Shown here piece by piece: positions 9,652 through 19,686 of a DNA stretch of 64,000 bases (position 1 is its first letter; every line of letters starts with the position of its first letter). The notes under the pieces were generated by a model. It saw only the letters and a list, made by a program, of their open reading frames with translations. It ran no database searches and had not been told where the DNA came from. Source of the stretch: Mucilaginibacter sp. (GTDB lineage Bacteria > Bacteroidota > Bacteroidia > Sphingobacteriales > Sphingobacteriaceae); NCBI RefSeq assembly GCF_039207105.1, contig NZ_JBCECK010000012.1:2632-66631 (forward strand). Reading direction: 5' to 3'. Position numbers and translations under genes: made by a program.

Positions 9652-10628
9652 ATGAAGAAATATATATTTACCTTACTCATGGGCATATCTGTGCTTTTGG
9701 GTTCCTGCAAAAAAGAAGGACCGAACATTTTTAATATGTTCACTGGCGTTACTTTTACTTTTCATGACAATGAGATATTACAGATTATAAACTGGTTAAT
9801 GATGGCGATGATGTGTGGATTGATTATACGGTTACGTCAGATCAGAATATGTACGGCATATCCTTACTGGAAGTGGGTACCAATACATCGGTGCGGAAAA
9901 TAGTTTTAGATGAATCGCGGCGCCGTAGCTTCTCGGAAATAATTAAGCTGAAAGCTACTAACAGAGTTGGCAAAACCAGTTACCGCCTGTATCCTACAGA
10001 TAAATTGGGCGTTTATATGGGCGATGGATATAAGGTTTTGACAATTGAGGTTAAAAATAACTTTGACCTCACAACCGAAAGGCCTGTTCAGTTTGCTGAC
10101 TCAGCCGCAGTAGATGCCGTAACCGGAAGCTTAACCTATACTGTACGCCCGCAGGCAAAAAGCTTTTTCTCCTTCGATGAATCAAAGGCTTACAGCTATG
10201 AAGAAGCCGGTTCAAATTCCGGGAAAATAGATGTAGGCATTTATATGAAAAGAACGGCAGTGAAAAACTCTGGCGGCGTTATAACCGTTACCGATAATTA
10301 TTTCGCTTATACACCTACCAGTATAAAACTGTCGACATTGCCATTTACCGGCTTCGACATTAGCACCTGGGAAAAAAGAAACACTCTTTTGGGTGTAACA
10401 ACTCAAAACTTAACCAATTTTATTGCGCTTAAAACGGGTACACAAATTATAACGGCTGCAACAGCTGCAAAAACTACCCAAACCAGCGTTGAAATCAAAT
10501 CAGGTATCATATTTTACTTCCTTTCGCAAGAAGGGCGATACGGTGCGGTTTACGTTGATAAGATAGGTTATGATAAGATAAACGGTTATTATGCCAACTT
10601 CCTGATCAAGTATGCCTATCCGCAATAA
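9652..10628 (+). pseudogene. Frameshifted PUL-type surface lipoprotein (about 325 aa if repaired)
   Basis: Frame 1 gives MKKYIFTLLMGISVLLGSCKKEGPN..FHDN; frame 3 opens after TGA 9771-9773 with DITDYKLVNDGDDVWIDY and runs to 10628; break at about 9771-9776. Confidence 0.72.
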
Positions 10629-10643
10629 GGATACTTCATTATC

Positions 10644-10681
10644 AAAAAAAGCCGCCTTGCAATGGAGCAAGGCGGCTTTTT
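10644..10681. terminator. Bidirectional intrinsic terminator
   Basis: AAAAAAA GCCGCCTTGC-aatgga-GCAAGGCGGC TTTTT between convergent genes. Confidence 0.88.
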
Positions 10682-10726
10682 AATTTTAGCACTTTTAGGA
10701 TTGTTTAGGTATTGAATATTATTCGG

Positions 10727-13207
10727 CTAATCCATATCGCCGGCAAAAATGTTAACCGTTCTTGTAAATGAACTGCCTGCTTTATCTGTAACCGTAAATT
10801 TAAAGGATGCCATTCCGGGCTTAGTCGGGTTAAACTGAGCCATGCCGTTTTTATCAATAGTAGCCATGCCGTTTATCGCATCAGTTATTTTATAAACGGG
10901 GCTTTTATCATAGCCACGGCTTAATGTTTTCAGATCTACGCTTACCGGCTTATTTGCATGAGTATAGTAATGTGTTGAGCTCAACCAGTTCAGGTAATTA
11001 TCAAGATTAGTAAAACCATCTTTATCCGCATCCGCGTTGGCATCTGCATAATCGCCTGATGCCGAGTGAATGTTCAGACCATGTAGTTTTTCCCACCAGT
11101 CGGGCAAGCCGTCATGGTCACTGTCAAATGAAGCGGAGCGGTGTACCTCTGGATAGTTTTCCCATCCGCCTACATCCTCCTGCGAATCAGGTAAACCCGG
11201 CAAACCCGATTTGCTCCCCTTTATGGAATAAGTGCCTTTCATGGTTTCATTAATGATGCGGGTATCGTGATCGTCAAAAACAGGCTGATTACAACCGACA
11301 TCAGATAATACATCTTTATAAGCATCTTCTGCACTTTGGGTAGTTACATAGGGGTCAAAAAATGGCTTATCTACAAAAGTTTTATAATTAACCTTGCCGC
11401 TTTCTGTTCTGCCGTCGGCTTCATTTTTCTCATCAAAATGGCCTGGCATAACATTGCCATCAAAATAATAGCGCTGCATGCCACCGCCGTAGCCTTCATG
11501 CTGGGCATTCAATGCATACATAAAAGTAGTAGCCGCGCCGGGTTTGTAATAATTACCCACAAAGTTTACCTCGCGGGCACCACCATCGGTGGCGCGGGTA
11601 GCCCAGTTGTATACAACATTGTTCCGGATATCCATTTTTCCCAGATAATCACCATCACCATTAACACCGCCTGCAAGGCTCCAGTTACGGCCAGAGCAAT
11701 GTGCCAGCAAATTATGATGAAAGCTTCCAACCTCGCCACCTATACTGGCGGCAAACCCGTGCGATTTGCCAACGGCGTAGTGATCATGCCCGGCTACGTT
11801 GAGCGCTTCGGCAATCAGGGTACGTTGTAAAGTGATGTTATGCGCCCCTCTGGAGCTGAATGACTCATCAATTGTCCAACTAATGGAACAATGATCAACA
11901 ATGCTGTTATCTGCACCGGTTATGCCCATGCCATCGTAGGTGGTACCTGTGCCAATGCGTACACGCATAAAACGGATTATGGCATCATCGGCTACAATTC
12001 CGAGCGGTGCACGGCTGATGCAAATACCCTTGCCCGGAGCTGTTTGCCCGGCAATGGTAATATAACGCTGATTAACCACCAAACGTGATTTTAACTGAAT
12101 GATGCCTGATACAGTAAATACTATTGTACGCGGACCTATATTCGCGGAAACCGCTTCCCGAAGGCTGCCCGGGCCGTCATCATTAAGGTTGCTTACCTCC
12201 ACTACCTTACCGCCGCGACCGCCGCGTGCAAAGCGGCCATAACCTTCTGCTCCTTTAAAAGCCAGCTGGCGTGTGCGGAAATACCACACATTGCCTTTGG
12301 TTATTTGGCCCTTAGCATCTATCTCGTCTACACGCCAGTAATAGGTAAGCATGCTGTACAGGTTTTGTGCCTGGTAGGTATCAGCTTTATAATTGCCTTT
12401 AAACAGATTTGATGAATGGCTGGCATTTGCAACTGTTGCTGAATCTGTACCCAAATACACATCGTGCGATGCTGCATTACCGGCTGCTGTCCAGTTTAAA
12501 GTCAGGTTGCCATTATCCGCATTAGCATGTTCGTTACCATTAACCGGTTGAGGTTTACGGGCTGCATAGAGGATATTGGGCGTATTGAATTCAAACCCAT
12601 TGATAATAACATTTTTGTTGGCGGCTGTTGAAGATTTATCTGCCTCAAACAAAATAACGATGTCCTTTCCCGCCTCAGCTTTAAGATGAAGATAAGCGGT
12701 TTTGCTATCGCTATTTTCGTGCACCCGAAAGGAGGGGATAAGCTTATCTACTTCAAGTTTTCCGTTAACATAAATGTTGATAGGGCCAAAGTTGTTGTTG
12801 CCGGTAATATTATTGTGGTAGGTAAGCAGGGTGTGTGACCCTGCGGGTAAGCCGCTAATGCGCATCTCAATACCACAGCCGGCATCACCACCCTTAACAG
12901 ATAAGCCGTCGCTCACCAGCCGCGCATAGTAAGGCGCCTGCACCCCGGTTTTATAATAATTGGTATTGAGGCCAGTTCCCGAGTCGCCGGTTTTTTTTAG
13001 TGTGATTTTTACTTTGCCTGTGGTAAACGAGCCTTCCAGTCCAGGTTTAACAGCCCAGGGTATGTACCCCAATTCATTTACTTCGGCAGCTTTGCGGTCG
13101 GCGGTATTTAAATCTACTTTAATAACAGGTGTTTGGGCTTGGGCCAGGCACCATGTTATACTACACAAAGTTGTAGTGATCAAATATTTAATACAGCGAT
13201 AGTTCAT
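10727..13207 (-). CDS. Multidomain pectate lyase (PL1, subfamily 2-like)
   Basis: Signal peptide; N-terminal module; AFKGAEGYG..ARGGRGGKV.EV.NLNDDGPGSLREA; DHCSISW.IDE; DSDHDGLPDWWE Ca-binding motif; Ig-like tail. Confidence 0.88.
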   Translation of the reverse strand: MNYRCIKYLITTTLCSITWCLAQAQTPVIKVDLNTADRKAAEVNELGYIPWAVKPGLEGSFTTGKVKITLKKTGDSGTGLNTNYYKTGVQAPYYARLVSDGLSVKGGDAGCGIEMRISGLPAGSHTLLTYHNNITGNNNFGPINIYVNGKLEVDKLIPSFRVHENSDSKTAYLHLKAEAGKDIVILFEADKSSTAANKNVIINGFEFNTPNILYAARKPQPVNGNEHANADNGNLTLNWTAAGNAASHDVYLGTDSATVANASHSSNLFKGNYKADTYQAQNLYSMLTYYWRVDEIDAKGQITKGNVWYFRTRQLAFKGAEGYGRFARGGRGGKVVEVSNLNDDGPGSLREAVSANIGPRTIVFTVSGIIQLKSRLVVNQRYITIAGQTAPGKGICISRAPLGIVADDAIIRFMRVRIGTGTTYDGMGITGADNSIVDHCSISWTIDESFSSRGAHNITLQRTLIAEALNVAGHDHYAVGKSHGFAASIGGEVGSFHHNLLAHCSGRNWSLAGGVNGDGDYLGKMDIRNNVVYNWATRATDGGAREVNFVGNYYKPGAATTFMYALNAQHEGYGGGMQRYYFDGNVMPGHFDEKNEADGRTESGKVNYKTFVDKPFFDPYVTTQSAEDAYKDVLSDVGCNQPVFDDHDTRIINETMKGTYSIKGSKSGLPGLPDSQEDVGGWENYPEVHRSASFDSDHDGLPDWWEKLHGLNIHSASGDYADANADADKDGFTNLDNYLNWLSSTHYYTHANKPVSVDLKTLSRGYDKSPVYKITDAINGMATIDKNGMAQFNPTKPGMASFKFTVTDKAGSSFTRTVNIFAGDMD

Positions 13208-13245
13208 CGTTATGATTTCTAGGTTTAAGGCAATTAAATCCGGAC

Positions 13246-14901
13246 TTATTTAGCTGCCTGATAACCAATTGGCACAACTGTTTTTAACGGAACCAAACTG
13301 TTCAGGTATATTTCAATATTGGTATAACCTCCACCATTTTTAGGATACAATGAAGCATCTGCAGCGTTTTTAGGATTCAGTGCATGTTTAAGCTCGTAAT
13401 CATCTGGCATGCCATCGTTATCACTGTCTTTGTAAGGTGTTCCTTTATATTCAGGATAACCGCCAACTTGCGCTACATCAGTAATAATGCCTTTTTTGTA
13501 TGAATCATCAGGCAGGCGGTGTTTAAGCATATCGCTTCCTTTAGAATTTTCCATACCATCTTTGTAAGCAATTTTACCGGTTTTAACCTGTTCAATTATC
13601 CGGGTATCAACAGCATCGCGCTTAGGTAAAAAGGCACCCACGTTGGTTAAAACATAACTATAAGCTTCTTTAGCTGTGATGAGGGTGAACTTAGCAGCCG
13701 GGAATGGCTCGTTTACACGAATGCTATCAGTTAGGCGGCCCGCATCGGGTCCATCACCAATTTGTATGCCACCCGCCCAGTTATCTTTAGTTACGGCATC
13801 GTTACCCTCAATAATATTTCCATGCGCGTAAACCTTGCCATAAGCGGTTTTAAAACCTTTATCGCGGCCAGGTTCAGGCTTTAATATGCGGTGGCCAATA
13901 GGCTTATCAAGCGGGGTAATGGGGCCGGGTTTGTAGTAGTTATTGATAAAGTTAAAAAACGAGCGGTTATCACCTCCGTCTGCACTTCTGTCCCACCAGT
14001 TGAACACGATGTTGTTAAAAAAGCCAAAATCGCCAAACATGCCTATAGATGGATTACGGCTGATATTATCGGCCCATAGGTTACGCATGAAGGTGCTGTT
14101 TAAACCGCCTATGGTGCTGCCAAAAGCGTGATTGTAGGTATCCAAGCCTTCGGCAAACATGGAGTTTTGTATGCTGATATTTACGGTAGGCAGCTTTTCA
14201 TCAACACCTTTGTTGCGGTAAATATGCCGATACATAGACATCACCTCATCTAATCCCCAACTGCCCGATACGTGATCGATCATGACGTTACCTATCGGGT
14301 TGCCGCCCAGCGCGTCATCCCGGCGTGTAACATCGGTTGCACCGCGCCTGAAGCGCATAAATCGGATCACCACATCATGCGTATCTATCCAGACAGATTC
14401 GCCTGCAATGCAAATACCATCACCAGGTGCGCTTTGTCCCTCAATGGTAACGTAAGGTGCTTTTATGCTGATATGTTGTTTTAGTTTGATAATTCCGGCT
14501 ACGTTAAACACAATGATACGTGCGCCGCCCTGTTCAAGAGCATCGCGTAAAGTACCGGGGCCTGAATCTTCCAGGCTTGTAACTACGATAACCCTACCAC
14601 CACGGCCGCCAAACGAATAGGCACCGCCACCTTCGGCACCCGGGAAAGCCGGGATTTTCGCCTGCGGCAGATCAGCAGGTTTTTCAGCCCAGGGAATGTA
14701 GGGCTTGCCGTTCTTTGCATCCTGCTGCATAGCGGTCTGAGCTTTTTGCCAGGCCTGGTCAGACAAGTTTTTGGTAACGTTATTTGCAGAATCAGTTTTG
14801 GCCTGTAACTCATGAGGAATTTTAGGATATTGAGCAAATACAGCCTGGGTAGTTCCCAATGAGCTTAAACCGGCAAGTAGTACGAAAAGAGCTTTTTTCA
14901 T
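13246..14901 (-). CDS. Pectate lyase (PL1, subfamily 2-like)
   Basis: Signal peptide; PAFPGAEGGG..SFGGRGG; DSGPGTLRDA; DHVSGSWGLDE; RNPS; DSDNDGMPDDYE. Confidence 0.88.
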   Translation of the reverse strand: MKKALFVLLAGLSSLGTTQAVFAQYPKIPHELQAKTDSANNVTKNLSDQAWQKAQTAMQQDAKNGKPYIPWAEKPADLPQAKIPAFPGAEGGGAYSFGGRGGRVIVVTSLEDSGPGTLRDALEQGGARIIVFNVAGIIKLKQHISIKAPYVTIEGQSAPGDGICIAGESVWIDTHDVVIRFMRFRRGATDVTRRDDALGGNPIGNVMIDHVSGSWGLDEVMSMYRHIYRNKGVDEKLPTVNISIQNSMFAEGLDTYNHAFGSTIGGLNSTFMRNLWADNISRNPSIGMFGDFGFFNNIVFNWWDRSADGGDNRSFFNFINNYYKPGPITPLDKPIGHRILKPEPGRDKGFKTAYGKVYAHGNIIEGNDAVTKDNWAGGIQIGDGPDAGRLTDSIRVNEPFPAAKFTLITAKEAYSYVLTNVGAFLPKRDAVDTRIIEQVKTGKIAYKDGMENSKGSDMLKHRLPDDSYKKGIITDVAQVGGYPEYKGTPYKDSDNDGMPDDYELKHALNPKNAADASLYPKNGGGYTNIEIYLNSLVPLKTVVPIGYQAAK

Positions 14902-15131
14902 ATCAGAATATAAATGTTTTTAGGGTCAATAATTGGATGTTGTTGATGGTGATGAACTTCTCCATAATTATTAGTTATCAAATATGCGGTCTATTTTGAT
15001 GTGAGCTATGTAGCATTTTTACCACAACTTATATGATATTATCTTACAGAATAAAATAGCTGCAAGTGAGAAAGCAGATCGCTAAATTAGGCGGATATTA
15101 TTGCAGTAAAACCAGATATATAACAGCATTT

Positions 15132-15923
15132 ATGAGAATAATGAAATTCAAATACCCTGCATTTTTGGCCATCTGTTTATGCGCCTTAGGTCTGATATCA
15201 TTCCTGTTAGCGCCAGTGCACATTACGGTTTATCTGGCCGGTGATTCAACTATGGCTAATAAAGCGATAAATACCTATCCGGAAACTGGTTGGGGTATGC
15301 CGTTCAGCGCTTTTTTTGATACCACAGTGACGGTGAAAAATGTTGCCAAAAACGGCCAGAGCACTAAAAGCTTTATAGCTGACGGCTCATGGGCTTATAT
15401 AGCTAATAATATAAAAAGTGGAGATTATGTATTGATCCAGTTTGGTCATAACGATGAGGTGCCTACCAAAAGAAATCACACTACCGAGGAGCAATTCGCA
15501 GAAAATTTAAACCGCTTTACTAACGAAATAAAAACCAAAGGCGCTAACCCGATACTTATTACTCCGGTAGCGCGGCGCAAGTTTGAGGGCGACCATATAG
15601 TAGGTACGCATGATGTATACTCAGAATTGGTACGGAAGGTAGCCCGGGAGCAACATGTGCCATTGATTGATCTGGATAAGGAAAGCCAGGATCTGCTACA
15701 AAAGCTCGGGCCTGATAATTCTAAATACCTGTTTAATTATTTAATCCCGGGCGAGCATCCAAATTACCCGGATGGAAAAGCTGATGATACGCATTTTAAT
15801 GAGTTAGGCGCACGCAAAATGGCCGAAATTGTGCTAAACGGTATTAAAGCGCTACATCTTGATCTTGCCGACAGAATAGTTAAAGGGCAAAACAAGCCGG
15901 TTGTAAATCCGCAGGTTAAATAA
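15132..15923 (+). CDS. SGNH rhamnogalacturonan/pectin acetylesterase (CE12-like)
   Basis: LAGDST, GWG, AKNGQS, LIQFGHND, DDTHFN motifs; ATG 15132 or 15141 preferred over GTG 15066. Confidence 0.88.
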   Translation: MRIMKFKYPAFLAICLCALGLISFLLAPVHITVYLAGDSTMANKAINTYPETGWGMPFSAFFDTTVTVKNVAKNGQSTKSFIADGSWAYIANNIKSGDYVLIQFGHNDEVPTKRNHTTEEQFAENLNRFTNEIKTKGANPILITPVARRKFEGDHIVGTHDVYSELVRKVAREQHVPLIDLDKESQDLLQKLGPDNSKYLFNYLIPGEHPNYPDGKADDTHFNELGARKMAEIVLNGIKALHLDLADRIVKGQNKPVVNPQVK

Positions 15924-15932
15924 TTAAAATAT

Positions 15933-16556
15933 TCAGCTCGCGTTAATCACCATCATTACATTATTCACAATAACATCGCACCGTACCAGGTTAAATTCAT
16001 ATAGTTCCCTTGGGTTCCATAATCGCTGTAGATCGGTACGCAGCATTTCCTTAGCCCTGTTAAGCCTCACCTTTATGTTTGACTCGGTAAGATCCAGCGC
16101 TTCCATAGTTTCGTTGGTACTCATTCCCTGTACCTCGCGCATCACAAATACTATCCTGTATTTTTCAGGTAGGGCAGCCACTGCTTTTTCCAGCACAAGC
16201 TTTAATTCTTTATTGATCAGCCCGCTTAAAGGCGTTTCATGATGTTCTTCGGTAAAAGGTGTTTCCATATGCAACTGTTCGGTTCTTTGGCCTCTTTTTT
16301 TATGTAATAAGCTTTCGTTGATCAGTATACGGGTAAGCCAGGTGCCAAAACTACACTGGTGCCTGAAACTGCCCAACTGCCGGTAGGCATTAATATAGGC
16401 TATCTGCATTACATCCTCGGCTTCTTTATCGTTTTGAACTATTGACAAGCTTATGCGATAAAGGCGTTCGTTGTACTTGCGCATCAGGTTTTCGTACAAA
16501 TCGGTTTCCCCTTGCAATACCCGGTTTATAATAGCTTCGTCGCTTAACTGATCCAT
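15933..16556 (-). CDS. ECF sigma-70 factor with a short C-terminal extension carrying RCD
   Basis: DAEDVMQ-like region 2, FGTWLTRILINESL, LPEKYRIVFVMR, NIKVRLNRAK, tail YEFNLVRCDVIVNNVM. Confidence 0.9.
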   Translation of the reverse strand: MDQLSDEAIINRVLQGETDLYENLMRKYNERLYRISLSIVQNDKEAEDVMQIAYINAYRQLGSFRHQCSFGTWLTRILINESLLHKKRGQRTEQLHMETPFTEEHHETPLSGLINKELKLVLEKAVAALPEKYRIVFVMREVQGMSTNETMEALDLTESNIKVRLNRAKEMLRTDLQRLWNPRELYEFNLVRCDVIVNNVMMVINAS

Positions 16557-16577
16557 GTATAAATATCGCTTTTAATT

Positions 16578-16658
16578 GGTAGAGTAACCGGAGCAAAAAG
16601 GGTTACAAAATGGTGAAAAATATATTTTGTAACCCTTTTTTGCGCAGCCTTCTCTAAC
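16578..16658. promoter_or_regulatory. Back-to-back ECF-type promoters forming an inverted repeat
   Basis: Plus: TGTAAC (16628-33)-N18-CTCTA; minus: TGTAAC (16607-02)-N17-CTCTA; arms 16593-16611 and 16624-16643. Confidence 0.6.
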
Positions 16659-16683
16659 TATCAGATACCAGATAAATAAGATC

Positions 16684-17061
16684 ATGAATACGACAATTAA
16701 ACAATTGCAAACTTTATTAAAGTTTACTTACGGTTTAGTGCCCATAGTAGCCGGGGCAGATAAGTTCACAAATATACTTACCAATTGGGGGCAGTATCTT
16801 GCTCCCTGGATGAAAGGTATGATGCCTTTTGGCGAACATACTTTTATGATGATAGTGGGTGTAATAGAAATTATAGCAGGTATTTTGGTGCTTGCTAAAC
16901 CCCAGATAGGTGCATGGATAGTAAGTGCCTGGTTATTATTAATAGCGCTGACGCTGATATCAGGAGGTAGTTATTTAGATGTTGCCGTGCGCGATATCGT
17001 AATGGCTATCGGAGCTTATGTACTTGCCAGGCTTTCTGTAGCAGAGGCGCGAATTGCATAA
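16684..17061 (+). CDS. DoxX-like small membrane protein
   Basis: Hydrophobic helices; LVPIVAGADKF; VGVIEIIAGILVL; DVAVRDIVMA. Confidence 0.72.
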   Translation: MNTTIKQLQTLLKFTYGLVPIVAGADKFTNILTNWGQYLAPWMKGMMPFGEHTFMMIVGVIEIIAGILVLAKPQIGAWIVSAWLLLIALTLISGGSYLDVAVRDIVMAIGAYVLARLSVAEARIA

Positions 17062-17066
17062 AAAAA

Positions 17067-17101
17067 CAAACCCGTGTCTGAGTGCCTTAGACGCGGGTTT
17101 G
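17067..17101 (+). terminator. Terminator between convergent DoxX-like and MFS genes
   Basis: CAAACCCGTGTCTGA/TTAGACGCGGGTTTG 15-bp stem with G-U pairs on +. Confidence 0.7.
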
Positions 17102-17122
17102 AGATCTCTTTTTATTGATCAA

Positions 17123-18349
17123 TTAATCATTAATGTCTGTTGCGCGGTTTTTATTTAATTTGGATAATATCAGCATCACAGCAACTGAAAACAATATGAA
17201 CACCAGATAACTATAGCTCAAATTATGTTCATCCTTAGCCGGAATAACGGCAACTACAACATAAGTAAGCAGCGAGAGGATCATATATACCATGCCACCG
17301 GTAAGTCCGCCAGACATGGCCGCGTTTTTAGGGAACCGGGCTAAGCAATAGCTGAAATAATTGTTATAAGTAAACCCGGCAGCTACGTGTATCATAAAGG
17401 CAAACAGTACCATCACATAAATATTGCTTACAAAGTTTACGGTAACAATCATGAGTATTACAACCAGCAGCTGTAACAAGGCATTAACGAATAGCTTACC
17501 AAAAAACGGCCGGCTGATCAATGCTTTACCTATAAAGCCGCCAACCATCCAGGCCAGCCCTAAAATGAGCGAACAATAGCCAGCAACCACAGGTGTGAAA
17601 TGAAAATGATGCTCAATAATAAAGGGCCCTGTCATGTTATACATGATCACCATTGAATAGGCAAAACTGAGCATCAGGATGCCCAGGCTAAAAGTGGTTG
17701 TTTTAATCATTTCGGTGTACAAACCGATTATTTTCCCCAAATGTAATTCAGTACGGTGACGGATGGTTTCGCCGCTATAAATAACTTCCAGCACGGCTAT
17801 AACAGCCGCCAGCGCTGCCAAAAAATAAAAATTTGACTGCCACCCAAATGTGGTTTGAAAATAGCCGCCTAAAAAGGGCGCCACTATTGGCCCTGCCGAC
17901 CAAATAATGGTAAACATACTGAGGTAATGCTTTAAGCGCTCGCCCTCATACACGTCTACAAAATAAGCTCTTTTGGCTATCACAATAATAGCTACAGCAA
18001 TGCCGTGAACAATACGCATAGCATAAATGATATAAATATTACGTGTGGTGGCAATAACTAAACTGGCCAAAATAAATACCACTAAAGCGCCCAGGCTAAA
18101 CTTGTACCGACCGTATGAGTCAAGGATACTACCCAGAAACAGTTGCGCCATACCATAGCTTATCAGGAACAATGTAAGGGTTAATTGAACCTGTATGCTG
18201 CTGATGTGCATATCAGCCCCCATGTTAGGTAATGAAGGAATATAGATGTCTGTAGCGAAACCCGAAAGCGGAAGTAAAGCAAACGCTAATATGGTAGAAA
18301 CAGATTTGTTTTTGAGCTCAGATGTTGTTGTTGCGGTTGTTGTAAGCAT
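17123..18349 (-). CDS. MFS efflux transporter, Bcr/CflA (DHA1)-like
   Basis: DIYIPSLP, GSILDSYGR, PIVAPFLGG, about 12 TM segments; ATG 18349 lies 6 nt after a -7 TAATTTTG. Confidence 0.87.
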   Translation of the reverse strand: MLTTTATTTSELKNKSVSTILAFALLPLSGFATDIYIPSLPNMGADMHISSIQVQLTLTLFLISYGMAQLFLGSILDSYGRYKFSLGALVVFILASLVIATTRNIYIIYAMRIVHGIAVAIIVIAKRAYFVDVYEGERLKHYLSMFTIIWSAGPIVAPFLGGYFQTTFGWQSNFYFLAALAAVIAVLEVIYSGETIRHRTELHLGKIIGLYTEMIKTTTFSLGILMLSFAYSMVIMYNMTGPFIIEHHFHFTPVVAGYCSLILGLAWMVGGFIGKALISRPFFGKLFVNALLQLLVVILMIVTVNFVSNIYVMVLFAFMIHVAAGFTYNNYFSYCLARFPKNAAMSGGLTGGMVYMILSLLTYVVVAVIPAKDEHNLSYSYLVFILFSVAVMLILSKLNKNRATDIND

Positions 18350-18464
18350 TTGCCGCAAAATTAACGATAGCTAAAATGAGGATTGTTTGCTGGAAGTAAT
18401 AATGACCTATTGTAAAAGGTCAATTTATAGAAGAAAGCTAATTTTAAGATTATGCAGAAAGGGT

Positions 18465-19028
18465 TTATTGATCATCAACTATGTTCCGAATGTCTGTTAT
18501 CAATTCTTTCAATCCGTTAGAAAAAGCATGATCCTGACAAGATAGCTCCCTGAAAATTGCTGTTTTAAATAACCTGCGGTAAAAGGCTAAATGGTTAAAA
18601 GGTACGATAGGATCATTTAGACAATGATAGAAGTAACATGCAGGTATGGGGGGCAGATGAGTATCGAAGTCCTTTTGAACAGCCCACTCGGAAGAATTCC
18701 AGCCGTCTTTGTTCCATTGCGGAGCAGCTACCAGGAACATTCCTCTGATCTGCAGGTTTGTCTGTGTTTCAGACAGATATTTCAGTAGGACTGACGCGCC
18801 CAAAGAATGGCCTACCAGGATAACAGGATCCGGGAGATTACTCAACTCCCGGTCAAGCATATCCCTCCAATGACGATAGGCGGGACGTTCCGGTTCGCTG
18901 ACAATCGGGAAAGTTATCTCATAATTGGTTCCCAGTGTATTGCGCAGATGCTCAACCAGGTCAAAACTACCCATTCCTTTCGCATGTTGAGCTCCTGCAC
19001 TGTGCGCAAAAAATATCGTGGTTTTCAT
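18465..19028 (-). CDS. RBBP9/YdeN family alpha/beta hydrolase
   Basis: VGHSLG nucleophile elbow, LVAAP, DPIVP, C-terminal DH. Confidence 0.82.
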   Translation of the reverse strand: MKTTIFFAHSAGAQHAKGMGSFDLVEHLRNTLGTNYEITFPIVSEPERPAYRHWRDMLDRELSNLPDPVILVGHSLGASVLLKYLSETQTNLQIRGMFLVAAPQWNKDGWNSSEWAVQKDFDTHLPPIPACYFYHCLNDPIVPFNHLAFYRRLFKTAIFRELSCQDHAFSNGLKELITDIRNIVDDQ

Positions 19029-19043
19029 AGGCTGTTATTTTAA

Positions 19044-19496
19044 TTAGCGGTTGCCGCCGGATTTTTGATTGTGTTGTTCGTAAAACTTCAATGCGTCTTC
19101 TATAAGGATACCGTTTATAGTCATCCCGCTGATATTGCAATCGTCAATTTGTAAACCGCGCAGGTCACAATCCATGATCTTGCTGCCCTGAAGGTCGCAG
19201 TTTTCAAATTTCAACGGGCGCTGCTTAGCAGCGGGATCATGAGCAGGATGGCCTGCAGGAGGCATGCCAATATTATGGATATGAGCCCCGCCAAGCTGTG
19301 CGCCGTCAATTTCCAAGTCGCTCATATTTGCATTTGTAATGCGGAGACCAGTGATGCTGACATCGTTAAACTTGGCCTGATTCATCATCATCTGCTCAAA
19401 TGTAGATCCGTTGAGTATGGATTGCTTCACATCCAGAATCTTTTTACTATCGGTTATTGTGATCAGATCATTCTGATTTTCTGCTGAGTTTTTCAT
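19044..19496 (-). CDS. Pentapeptide-repeat protein
   Basis: Repeats such as ANMSD LEIDG AQLGG and CDLQG SKIMD CDLRG LQIDD CNISG, split by a Pro/His-rich insert. Confidence 0.75.
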   Translation of the reverse strand: MKNSAENQNDLITITDSKKILDVKQSILNGSTFEQMMMNQAKFNDVSITGLRITNANMSDLEIDGAQLGGAHIHNIGMPPAGHPAHDPAAKQRPLKFENCDLQGSKIMDCDLRGLQIDDCNISGMTINGILIEDALKFYEQHNQKSGGNR

Positions 19497-19612
19497 AATA
19501 TATTTTATTGGTCAATCAAATATCCAGAATACGAATAAGAAAGAAGGGGTGTTAAAGCGACAAATAAGGAGGGTGTTTGGTACTGATCTCTTAAAAAAAA
19601 TAATTGAATGTA

Positions 19613-19643
19613 TTTGCTTTAATCGTTTAAAGTATTACATTTG
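19613..19643 (+). promoter_or_regulatory. lacI promoter with an operator in its spacer
   Basis: -33 TTTG (19613-16), 19 nt, -7 TACATTTG (19636-43); spacer holds CTTTAATCGTTTAAAG (19617-32). Confidence 0.72.
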
Positions 19644-19686
19644 AATTACAATTCCAATTTAACCAAATTATAATACCTTTATTTCC

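Noticed and set aside
9760-9790. Programmed frameshift in the lipoprotein gene
   Set aside because: No slippery heptamer or homopolymer; the neighbouring deletion scar favours decay
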